From Bacillota bacterium (GTDB taxonomy: Bacteria; Bacillota; Desulfotomaculia; Desulfotomaculales; Ammonificaceae): DNA of 24,000 nucleotides. The translations under genes and the position numbers were made by a program. Positions 1 through 7,593 of this stretch are shown here, piece after piece; the stretch's first letter is position 1, and each line of letters opens with the position of its first letter. The notes beneath the pieces were generated by a model, which was not told where the DNA came from, ran no database searches, and saw only the letters and a list, made by a program, of their open reading frames with translations. The stretch spans positions 1,717 through 25,716 of the forward strand of contig JBFLVI010000011.1 in NCBI GenBank assembly GCA_040758635.1. The letters are read 5' to 3'.

Positions 1-198
1 TACCACTACTCCGGGCGCAGCCACCGCAGGTGTACAGAAATAAAAGAAAAAGGCCTCCCCGGTGTGCGCCCGGTGAAAGTAAACACGTTCGAGCGCCTCC
101 AGGTCGCGCACCCCGAAGACCGCCAGCCCGTGGGTCCGGGCAGTTGCATACGCCCCGTTTAAATCTTCGGCCGAAACTGTACCGATGAGTATCGCCAC
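1..198 (-). CDS. partial hypothetical protein (runs off left edge)
   Basis: Open minus-strand frame from GTG at 198 to the window edge: MAILIGTVSAEDLNGAYATARTHGLAVFGVRDLEALERVYFHRAHTGEAFFLYFCTPAV...; GGGAGGG-like SD just upstream. Not in the ORF track because it is truncated. Confidence 0.45.
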   Translation of the reverse strand, partial: MAILIGTVSAEDLNGAYATARTHGLAVFGVRDLEALERVYFHRAHTGEAFFFYFCTPAVAAPGVVV

Positions 199-347
199 CC
201 CATACCCTCCCGAAAAATAAGTATTCTTTCCGCCGGGGTTGCCGCAGGTGGCATAGGCTACTCTTAAACCAAGATGCCCTGCTTCCCGGCCGGGCAAAAC
301 CGCCGGCGCCCTACCGGTTCACAGTCCCGCCAACTTCCGGCCGGCGG

Positions 348-875
348 CTACAGTCCCAGCAAACCCCGCAACTCCGAAACCGTTCCCGCGAACGGCACGC
401 CGATTTCCCGGCACGCCCCGGCGGTGTCGTATTTGCCGCTGCCGCGAAAGCCGATCACGCGCACAGGAGAGCCCGCCACGGCTTGCAGGTTTTGCGGCTT
501 GTCGTCCACGAACGCCACGGCGGAAAGGTCGCCGATCCCGCACTCCCCGGCGAACTCCGTTACGCACTCTAACTTGCTTCTGTCCCGGGCGGAATAAATC
601 TTCCTGAAGCAGCGGCGCAGCTCCTCGCCCAGGTGCTCCGCCACGGTTTCCTCCCCGTACCTGCTCACTACGGCAAGCAGCCGCCCGCGGGCGTGCAATT
701 CCCTGATAAGTTCCCCGATGCCCGGTATGGGCCTCTTGTCCCGGTGGTCCACGATCACACCGCTGAAATCAAAACAGACCGCCAGGAGCCCGCCCCTTTC
801 CACCGGAACCACCACCCCCGGAAAGATTCTCGGATGCCGAGCGCCTGGACTTTCCTCCCCGAATTCTAACCGCAC
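348..875 (-). CDS. HAD-superfamily hydrolase-like protein
   Basis: 175 aa ORF with VCFDFSGVIVDH near the N-terminus and FVDDKPQNLQAV acidic motif; the true start may be somewhat downstream of 875. Confidence 0.65.
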   Translation of the reverse strand: MRLEFGEESPGARHPRIFPGVVVPVERGGLLAVCFDFSGVIVDHRDKRPIPGIGELIRELHARGRLLAVVSRYGEETVAEHLGEELRRCFRKIYSARDRSKLECVTEFAGECGIGDLSAVAFVDDKPQNLQAVAGSPVRVIGFRGSGKYDTAGACREIGVPFAGTVSELRGLLGL

Positions 876-948
876 GGCCCCAAAATAATTCTCCGGAAGG
901 AAGCGATTTCCTCCTTAAAGTCAAACGAACAGGGTCCAAACAGACGCG

Positions 949-1057
949 CTACGGGCGGCGCGCCGGCATTTCCCGGAACAACCGCGCGTTCTGTACCGCC
1001 TGGCCGCGCGAGTCGTTGTTGAAGACGGTGACCCCGCGCCTCCCGAAGCGGTATACT
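949..1057 (-). pseudogene. probable remnant of the C-terminus of a DUF72 (YecE-like) protein
   Basis: Minus-strand frame ending at TAG 949-951 reads NLVYRFGRRGVTVFNNDSRGQAVQNARLFREMPARRP*, resembling the conserved C-terminal 'FNNDxxGxAxxNAxxLxxxL' of DUF72 proteins; the rest of the domain is absent. Confidence 0.45.
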
Positions 1058-1138
1058 AAGTTTGAACCGCCCGCTTTAGGGTATGTCTGTTTGTAACTCT
1101 TCCAGATCAAAGAAACTGGCAGGGGAGGCTGAAACCGC

Positions 1139-1825
1139 GTGAAAACGGCGGTCATCACCGGAGGGTCGAGGGGCATCGGCCGGGCCATCGCCTTTGAGCT
1201 GCTGCACCGGGGGATCACCCGCCTGGCCATCACCGCCAGGACGGCAGAAAAGCTGTCCGAGGCGAAGGAAGCCCTGGCGGCGGCCGGGGCCGAGGTGCTG
1301 GCTTTCCAGGCGGACGTGCGGGACCGTGAAACGATGGCGGCCGTGGTCGGGCAAACCATAAACGCCTTCGGCCGGATTGATGCCTGGGTCAACAACGCCG
1401 GGGTGGCCCGGCGGAAGCTGTTCCTCGAGACGAGCCCCGCGGAATGGGAAGAGATTATTGACGTCAACCTGAAGGGCGTTCTTGTCTGCACCGCCGCGGT
1501 CCTGCCCCATATGGTCGCAAACGGAAAGGGCGTCATTGTTAACATCGCTTCCGGCGCCGGAAAGGTGGGCTTCCCGGAGCTTTCCGTTTACTGCGCCTCC
1601 AAGTTCGGGGTGGTGGGCTTTACCGAGTCCCTCGCCAGAGAAGTGGGCGGCTCCGGCGTCAAGGTCTACGCCGTCTGCCCCGGGAGTACCGATACCAGGA
1701 TGTACCGCTCCCTCTACCCGGAAAGGGAACCGGCGGCCAAACCGGAGGAGGTGGCGCGGGTGGTGGGCCGGCTGGTTGCCGGCAGGCTGGCGGCGCCGCC
1801 GGGCCGCTGCGTCGAGGTTTACTGA
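1139..1825 (+). CDS. short-chain dehydrogenase/reductase (SDR) family oxidoreductase
   Basis: TGGSRGIGRA nucleotide-binding motif, NNAGV, catalytic S...YCASK, PG motif; GTG start preceded by AGGGGAGG. Confidence 0.92.
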   Translation: MKTAVITGGSRGIGRAIAFELLHRGITRLAITARTAEKLSEAKEALAAAGAEVLAFQADVRDRETMAAVVGQTINAFGRIDAWVNNAGVARRKLFLETSPAEWEEIIDVNLKGVLVCTAAVLPHMVANGKGVIVNIASGAGKVGFPELSVYCASKFGVVGFTESLAREVGGSGVKVYAVCPGSTDTRMYRSLYPEREPAAKPEEVARVVGRLVAGRLAAPPGRCVEVY

Positions 1826-2000
1826 GTCACGGCGGTTTCAAGCAACGCGCTCCGCGGCAGACTGAATCGCGGAGGCGCTGAAGGTCTTCCCGGAACTGCA
1901 GCGAGGTCCCTGGCGGAGGAGCGGTACAGAACCCTTTTCGGCTTCTGCGTCCGGCCGGCCGGAGGGAACCCCTGCAACTTCTCCCGGAAAACCGGGTGGT

Positions 2001-2135
2001 TCAACCCGCGTTATCCGGCCGGAAGCTCACGATGTACTCCAGGATGGTCTTCGAACCGTCCTCCGGATGGTGCAGCAGCGAAACCACGCCGTAGAAAAAC
2101 TTGGTGGGAGAAGGTACCGGGCGGTCCTCTCCCAC
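2001..2135 (-). other. possible 44-aa small ORF or gene fragment
   Basis: Minus frame MGEDRPVPSPTKFFYGVVSLLHHPEDGSKTILEYIVSFRPDNAG*, with GTG start at 2135 immediately after an in-frame stop region; no clear SD. Confidence 0.25.
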
Positions 2136-2228
2136 CGGTAGAGGAGGTCAAGAAGGCAGTGGGGGGAGCTGGGATCAGGTATACGGTTGTAAAGTTTTTT
2201 TCTCCCGCGATCAGGGCGCCCGTTCGAA

Positions 2229-2258
2229 CGATCGCCGGGGGGCGTAGCGCCCCGATCG
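2229..2258. repeat. GC-rich inverted repeat (hairpin)
   Basis: GGGGCG(2239-2244)-TAG-CGCCCC(2248-2253) flanked by CGATCG on both sides. Confidence 0.5.
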
Positions 2259-2264
2259 GGGAGA

Positions 2265-2283
2265 GTTACCTTATTATGGTAAC
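2265..2283. repeat. short inverted repeat downstream of TrkA-like gene
   Basis: GTTACC-TTATTAT-GGTAAC. Confidence 0.5.
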
Positions 2284-2335
2284 AGTACATTTTACTCCCA
2301 GGAGGCAAAAAGTGTGCTTCCAGACAGAGCCGGGT

Positions 2336-2992
2336 TCATGCCAAAACCTTTTCGAATTCGTGCGCCCGCTCCGTCCCGGCCAGAGCCAGAATCTTGTCCC
2401 CGGCAGCGAGTACCGTCTCGCCCGACGGAATCATAACCCGGCCCTCCCGGAGCACCGCGACAATCAAAACCCCTCTGGGGATGTTCAGTTCTGCCAGGCG
2501 CTTCCCGACGGCGCCGGAGGCGGCGGAAAGCTCTTCCTCCACCAGGGAAACCTGGCCGCCTTCCAGCTTCAGCAGGGTGACGAGTTCCCCGAGGCTGAGC
2601 TCCTCCTGCAGCATCTGCGCGATGATCCGCGCCCCCGTCACCGCGAAATCCACGCCGCGCGCCCGCGTGAAAAGCCACTCGTTCTTCAGGTTGTTCACGG
2701 TAGCGATCACCCGCCCCACGCCGAACTGACGCCGCGCCAGCAGGGCGACACTCAGGTTGTCCACGTCGCTCCCCGTGGCAGCCACCACCACCTGGGCGCG
2801 GGTAACACCGGCGTCTTTCAGCACGCGGGGGTCGGTGCCGTCGCCGTAAACCGTTTTCACCGCAGGCAACTCCTTAAATTTTTCCAAAGCACCGGCATCC
2901 CGGTCAATGACCACCACCTCCTCCGCGTCGTTAACCAGGGCATAAGCGAGGTTGAACCCCACCTTGCCGCCGCCGACAATCAGCACGTACAC
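2336..2992 (-). CDS. TrkA-family (TrkA-N/TrkA-C) potassium uptake regulatory protein
   Basis: MYVLIVGGGKVGFNLAYAL... GxGxxG Rossmann motif, YGDGTDPRVL, and a C-terminal RCK-like domain (VLIVAVLREGRVMIPSGETVLAAGDKI). Confidence 0.88.
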   Translation of the reverse strand: MYVLIVGGGKVGFNLAYALVNDAEEVVVIDRDAGALEKFKELPAVKTVYGDGTDPRVLKDAGVTRAQVVVAATGSDVDNLSVALLARRQFGVGRVIATVNNLKNEWLFTRARGVDFAVTGARIIAQMLQEELSLGELVTLLKLEGGQVSLVEEELSAASGAVGKRLAELNIPRGVLIVAVLREGRVMIPSGETVLAAGDKILALAGTERAHEFEKVLA

Positions 2993-3003
2993 CGGCTTCC
3001 CCC

Positions 3004-3648
3004 CTAATCGAGCAGACTTTCGAATTTGGGCGCGGCAAATTCCGCGACCGCCACCTGAACCAGATCGTGTTCCGCAAAGGCCGTTCCCATCAACGGGATG
3101 GAAGCCTTCCCGTTGCGGACCAGGGAAACCACACTGATCTCCCCGGGCACGGCCAGATCCCGGACCATCCGCCCCACCAGGCGGGGCGGCACCTCGAACT
3201 CGATCACCTTCACCTCGCCGTTTCCCGAGGTGAAGAGGGTGGTCAGCCGCTCGTGTGCCAGGAGTTCGTGAACCCGGTAGGCGCCCCAGGTCGTGGGGGC
3301 GATCACGGGAACGCCCAGGTGCCGGTATATTTCGGCCCGTACGGGGTCGATGATCCGCGCCACAACCTTGGCGACGAAAAACTCCTCCCGGGCCAGCGAC
3401 GCCACCACAAAGTTGGTGTTATCGTCGTTGGTCACCGCGGCCAGGCCGTCGGCCCGCGTCACCCCCGCCTCCAGGAGCGCTGCCCGGTCAAACCCCAAAC
3501 CCTCGACCTTCTTCCCCGGAAAACGCGGGCGGAGCCGGCGGAAGGCCAGCGGGTCCGGGTCGATCACCGCCACGGAAATCCGCTCGCGCGCCAGCGTCCC
3601 GGCGAGCTGGGCCCCCAGGGTTCCACAACCGACGATGATGACGTGCAC
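3004..3648 (-). CDS. TrkA-family potassium channel/uptake NAD-binding protein
   Basis: VHVIIVGCGTLGAQLAGTLA..., VTNDDNTNFVVASLAREEF; likely start GTG at 3648 with GGAGGTTTGCCT SD (track ORF start at 3834 overlaps the upstream gene and is less likely). Confidence 0.85.
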   Translation of the reverse strand: MHVIIVGCGTLGAQLAGTLARERISVAVIDPDPLAFRRLRPRFPGKKVEGLGFDRAALLEAGVTRADGLAAVTNDDNTNFVVASLAREEFFVAKVVARIIDPVRAEIYRHLGVPVIAPTTWGAYRVHELLAHERLTTLFTSGNGEVKVIEFEVPPRLVGRMVRDLAVPGEISVVSLVRNGKASIPLMGTAFAEHDLVQVAVAEFAAPKFESLLD

Positions 3649-3722
3649 AGGCAAACCTCCTTCCCACAAAACCGCGCCTTCGCGCCGGCTGCACACCGGC
3701 TCCTGACAAACCGCCAGGGCGC

Positions 3723-6581
3723 TCAAGAACCGCAGCCGCCGTCCGCCCTTTGCTCCTTCCTCCGGCGGACCGCGAACTTCCGCAGTTCCTCCGCCGCCAG
3801 GATCGTGGCCCCGAAAACGAAGAGCAAGGCCCAATCCACGAGCCGCAGGGGCGCCGTGTTAAACAACCGCTGGAAAAACGGGACGTAGCTGATCGCGGCC
3901 ATGATAGCCAGCCCAACCGCCTCGCCCACGATCAGAAAGCGGTTGGAAAAAATGCCGACCCGGAAAACCGAACTGTTTTCGGTGCGGACCGCAAAGGCAT
4001 TGAAGACCTGGGAAACGACCACCGCCGCCTGGCTCATGGTGATCGCCTGCCGGTAGAGCGGATCGCCCGCCGGCAGCGGCGTTCCCCAGCGCCAGCCCCC
4101 GTCGAGCAAGACGAAGAGGAAGCCCGCCGTCACCCAGGCCCCCTGAATCCCTCCGAGAAAGAGGATGCGCTTTACCAGCGCCCGGTCAAAAAGGCGGCTT
4201 TCACGGGACCGGGGCGGCTGCTGCATCAGGCCGGGTTCCGGTCTTTCAATCCCGAGGGCCAGGGCGGGCAGGACGTCGGATCCCAGGTCAATGGCCAGGA
4301 TCTGCAGGGCGGTGAGCGGAATCAGGTGGACGCCGGCAACGGTGGCGAAGAGGAACGGCAGCAACTCGCCCATGTTGTGGGAAAAGAGGTAGAGGATGAA
4401 CTTCCTGATGTTGGCGTAAACGGCCCGCCCCTGTTCGATCGCCTGCACGATGGAGGCAAAGCTGTCGTCCAACAGGATCATCACGGCCGCCTCGCGAGCG
4501 ACGTCGGTACCGGTCCGGCCCATGGCAATGCCGATGTCGGCGCGCTTCAGGGCCGGTCCGTCGTTGACGCCGTCCCCGGTTACGGCCACAATCCGGCCCA
4601 GCTCCTGCAGGGCCGCGACGACCCGCATCTTGTACTCGGGCGTCACGCGGGCGAAAACGAGCGGCTCCTCCCGCGCCAGCAGCCCACGCAGCTCGTCCGC
4701 GTCCATGCCGGCGAGTTCCGCTCCCGTCAAGATGCGCGCCCGGGCGCCGCCCGTGATCGAGATTCTGGACGCAATCGCCTCGGCGGTCAAACCGTAGTCC
4801 CCGGTGATCATGATCAACCGGATCCCGGCGCCCTTGGCGCTCCGCACCGCCGCCGCCACCTCGGGCCGGGGCGGGTCCTGCATCCCGGCAAGGCCCAGGA
4901 AAACCAGCTCCCTTTCCACCTCTTCCGCCCGGTAGCCGCCGGGCTCCGGCGGCAACTCCCGGTAGGCGAAGGCCAGCACCCGCAACCCCTCCCGCGACAT
5001 CCGGTCGTTCTGGTGCAAGACTTCGCTTCTCTCCTCTTCGCCCAGCGGGTAAACGGCGCCGTCCCTGAGCACACCCGTGCAAAGGGCGACGACCTCCCGG
5101 GGAGCGCCCTTCACGTAAGCCGCCACCCGGCCGTTCCGGCGGTGTAGCGAGCTCATCCGCTTCCGGCGCGAGTCAAAAGGCAACAGATAAACGCGGGGCT
5201 CTTTGCGCAGCTTCTCCTCCCACGCGAAACCGGCCTTCCTGGCCAGAACCAGCAGCGCCCCTTCGGTCGGGTCCCCCAGGACGCTCCAGACCGGGTTTTC
5301 TTCCCCCGGCGGCAGGAGGCGCGCGGTGTTGCAAAAAGCCGCCGCCCGCAGGAAAAAATCCCACTGTCGCTTCTCCGCCGGCCCCAAGGGCGCTCCTTCT
5401 CCCCCGGCAGCCCCATCACGAGCTGCGCGCAGTTCCCCCGCCGGCTCGTAACCGGCCCCGGAGACGAGAACCCGTTCACCGGGCCGCCAGACCTCCCTGA
5501 CGGTCATTTCCCCTTTGGTGAGCGTTCCCGTCTTGTCGGTGCAGATGACGTTCGCCGAGCCCAGGGCTTCCACCGCGGAAAGCCTCTTGATAAGCGCGTT
5601 GCGCCTGGCCATGCGCTGAACGCCTACCGCCAGCGACACCGAAAGTGTCGCCGGCAGACCCTCGGGAACCATGGCAACCATCACTCCCAGGGCAAAAAGG
5701 AACCCCTCGATCCAGCCCAAGCCCAACAGCTTTCCCAGGCCGAAAAAGGTGACCCCGATCACGAGCGCCGCCCGGGCTACCAGCCGCGCCATGTTGCGGA
5801 CCTGTTTCTGCAGCGGGCTCGGTACGTCGGGCACCCCGGCCGTCAACTGAAAAATTTTGCCGAACTGGGTCCGCTCCCCCGTCGCGAACACGACGGCGAT
5901 TCCGGAGCCGGCAGCGACGGACGTCCCCATGAAAATTAGGTTGGGATACTCGATCCAGCTCAGCCCCTCTTCGAAAACCGCCGCCGCTGTTTTCGGCTGC
6001 GGGTCCGCCTCCCCCGTCAGGTTGGTGTTGTTCGTGGAAAGCTCAAAGGCCTGCACCAGGCGGGCGTCCGCCGGAATGTTGTCGCCCTCCTCGAGCACGA
6101 GAACGTCGCCCGGAACCAGCTCCGCCACGTCGAGCTCCACCTCCCGGCCGCCCCGGTACACCTTCGCCTTTACCGGAACCAGCTTGTTCAAAACCTCGGT
6201 CGCCCGTTCGGCCCGGAATTCCTGCACGAAACCCACCAGGGCGTTAAGAATCACCACGCCCAGGATGGCCAGCGAAAGGTTCCGGTCCCCGGGATTCCCT
6301 CCGAGCAGGTAGACGGTAAAGGTGATCCCCGAAGCCACCAGGAGCAGAACGGCGAAAAGGTCGATGAACTGGAGGAGGAAGCGCGCCAAGAGCGAACGCC
6401 GCCGCGCCCGGTGCACCCGGTTCCAGCCGTATCTCGCCCGCCGGTCCGCGACTGCGGCCTCCTCCAGGCCCCGGGAGGATGTTCCCAGGAAGTCGTAGAC
6501 CTCCAGGGGGCCCAACCGGGGGATTTCCGTCAAGTCTTCAGGCAGCAGCCTGTTGTCCGACAAAGCCGGTCCCTCTCCCAA
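3723..6581 (-). CDS. cation-translocating P-type ATPase (Ca2+/other cation, P2-type)
   Basis: 952 aa with TGEAD, CTDKTGTLTKGEMTV phosphorylation site, VTGDGVNDGPALKRADIGIAMG hinge and N- and C-terminal TM segments. Confidence 0.95.
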   Translation of the reverse strand: MGEGPALSDNRLLPEDLTEIPRLGPLEVYDFLGTSSRGLEEAAVADRRARYGWNRVHRARRRSLLARFLLQFIDLFAVLLLVASGITFTVYLLGGNPGDRNLSLAILGVVILNALVGFVQEFRAERATEVLNKLVPVKAKVYRGGREVELDVAELVPGDVLVLEEGDNIPADARLVQAFELSTNNTNLTGEADPQPKTAAAVFEEGLSWIEYPNLIFMGTSVAAGSGIAVVFATGERTQFGKIFQLTAGVPDVPSPLQKQVRNMARLVARAALVIGVTFFGLGKLLGLGWIEGFLFALGVMVAMVPEGLPATLSVSLAVGVQRMARRNALIKRLSAVEALGSANVICTDKTGTLTKGEMTVREVWRPGERVLVSGAGYEPAGELRAARDGAAGGEGAPLGPAEKRQWDFFLRAAAFCNTARLLPPGEENPVWSVLGDPTEGALLVLARKAGFAWEEKLRKEPRVYLLPFDSRRKRMSSLHRRNGRVAAYVKGAPREVVALCTGVLRDGAVYPLGEEERSEVLHQNDRMSREGLRVLAFAYRELPPEPGGYRAEEVERELVFLGLAGMQDPPRPEVAAAVRSAKGAGIRLIMITGDYGLTAEAIASRISITGGARARILTGAELAGMDADELRGLLAREEPLVFARVTPEYKMRVVAALQELGRIVAVTGDGVNDGPALKRADIGIAMGRTGTDVAREAAVMILLDDSFASIVQAIEQGRAVYANIRKFILYLFSHNMGELLPFLFATVAGVHLIPLTALQILAIDLGSDVLPALALGIERPEPGLMQQPPRSRESRLFDRALVKRILFLGGIQGAWVTAGFLFVLLDGGWRWGTPLPAGDPLYRQAITMSQAAVVVSQVFNAFAVRTENSSVFRVGIFSNRFLIVGEAVGLAIMAAISYVPFFQRLFNTAPLRLVDWALLFVFGATILAAEELRKFAVRRRKEQRADGGCGS

Positions 6582-6739
6582 CGGTGCTCGAGCATGCGCC
6601 TATCGCGCCAGGAACTTGTTTTGCGGCAACCATTGGAAGTTTTCCCCGGCCTCCCGGCGAAAATTCATCTGCCACAGGCAAATAACCGCAAGCGGTCGTG
6701 GAAAGACGGGGTTCGGCGGACAGTGTGCCGGAATTACCG

Positions 6740-6773
6740 AAAAAAACAACCCTGCTCCAGGAGAAGCAGGGTT
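6740..6773 (-). terminator. Rho-independent terminator or attenuator upstream of the P-type ATPase
   Basis: On the minus strand: AACCCTGCT(6773-6765) loop AGCAGGGTT(6756-6748) followed by GTTTTTTT (6747-6740). Confidence 0.75.
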
Positions 6774-6861
6774 GGCGCTCTGGGTGCGGTTTTTCACCGC
6801 AGCCGGCGGCTGGCCGGCAAGGTTTCCTAAGGAGACCGCTGCAAAACTTCGCCTGGCTATT

Positions 6862-6966
6862 TCAGAAGTCAGAAGCCAGAAGTCGGAAGTCAGGAAATTC
6901 AAGGGAAATTTGCATAGCGAATTTCTGCGAAGATTCCGACCTCTGACATCCTGCATCCGACATCTG
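6862..6966. repeat. purine-rich heptad repeat with imperfect inverted arm
   Basis: Left arm TCAGAAGTCAGAAGCCAGAAGTCGGAAGTCAGG (6862-6894) and right arm TCCGACCTCTGACATCCTGCATCCGACATCTG (6935-6966), whose complement is also heptad GAxGTCxGG-like. Confidence 0.6.
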
Positions 6967-7047
6967 TTTTCGCCATGCTCGTTTTTCGCGGCCTCCAGGC
7001 TTTCTGCCAAAGTTTGCCATCTGTGAGTAGATAGGGCCTGCTTTCAA

Positions 7048-7067
7048 GAGAGTTTTGCAACACTCTC
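7048..7067. repeat. near-perfect palindrome abutting the 30-aa ORF stop
   Basis: GAGAGTTTTGCAACACTCTC; minus-strand reading TAG|GAGAGTGTTGCAAAACTCTC. Confidence 0.6.
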
Positions 7068-7160
7068 CTAAAACCTGAAGCCCGGCAAGAAAACCACGAA
7101 CGCAAGGAGAATTAGCAGCAAGATAAGCCAGATGGATGTAGTTCCGTCGTAATGCGGCAT
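7068..7160 (-). CDS. 30-aa small hydrophobic (single-TM) protein
   Basis: ATG at 7160: MPHYDGTTSIWLILLLILLAFVVFLPGFRF*; GGGAGGG SD 6-8 nt upstream; inverted repeat immediately after the stop. Too short for the ORF track. Confidence 0.6.
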   Translation of the reverse strand: MPHYDGTTSIWLILLLILLAFVVFLPGFRF

Positions 7161-7317
7161 GCTTTATCCCTCCCTTTCCGGTTCCGGTACTTTTATTTAC
7201 CAAATATATTCTGTAAAGCCAGAAAGTGTGAGAAAAGGATTTCCGGACAATACAAGGCACAAATCTCTTTGGGTGATAACATATATTACCATAAAAAATA
7301 AGGAGGGGGGTCCCGAA

Positions 7318-7380
7318 ATGCCACACGTTAACGACTACTCCGGCCGCACCAGTCTTGACCTCCGCCACCGCCGCGATTAA
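7318..7380 (+). CDS. candidate 20-aa micro-ORF
   Basis: AAGGAGGGGGGTCCCGAA-ATG...: MPHVNDYSGRTSLDLRHRRD*, strong SD after an AT-rich putative promoter region. Confidence 0.3.
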   Translation: MPHVNDYSGRTSLDLRHRRD

Positions 7381-7593
7381 AAATCCGCTTCCTGATCGTA
7401 GTAGCGCCACCAGGTGTACCAGTCGTTTCGCATCTCGATGAAATACCGGTCAATGGGGTGCATCCCGATCTCGCAACCGGAAAGTTCCTGGATGAACCGG
7501 TTGCCGCCGATGTGGTCGCAGTACCGTCCGCAATCTTCTGAATCACGCGCAACTCTCTCCGCCGCATTCGAAAGCGATTTTCTTTCGCGTCCC

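Noticed and set aside
4288-5082. 264-aa minus-strand ORF
   Set aside because: Out-of-frame reading of the ATPase gene (GRRG/AAGARRL-rich), not independent coding.
3750-5147. 465-aa plus-strand ORF
   Set aside because: Fully antisense to the P-type ATPase; RG/RH/DP-rich composition typical of GC-rich shadow ORFs.
6862-7410. 182-aa minus-strand ORF spanning the heptad repeat and 30-aa gene
   Set aside because: It merges repeat sequence (SDFRLLASDF) with out-of-frame sequence; the 30-aa frame with its own SD is the better supported coding unit.
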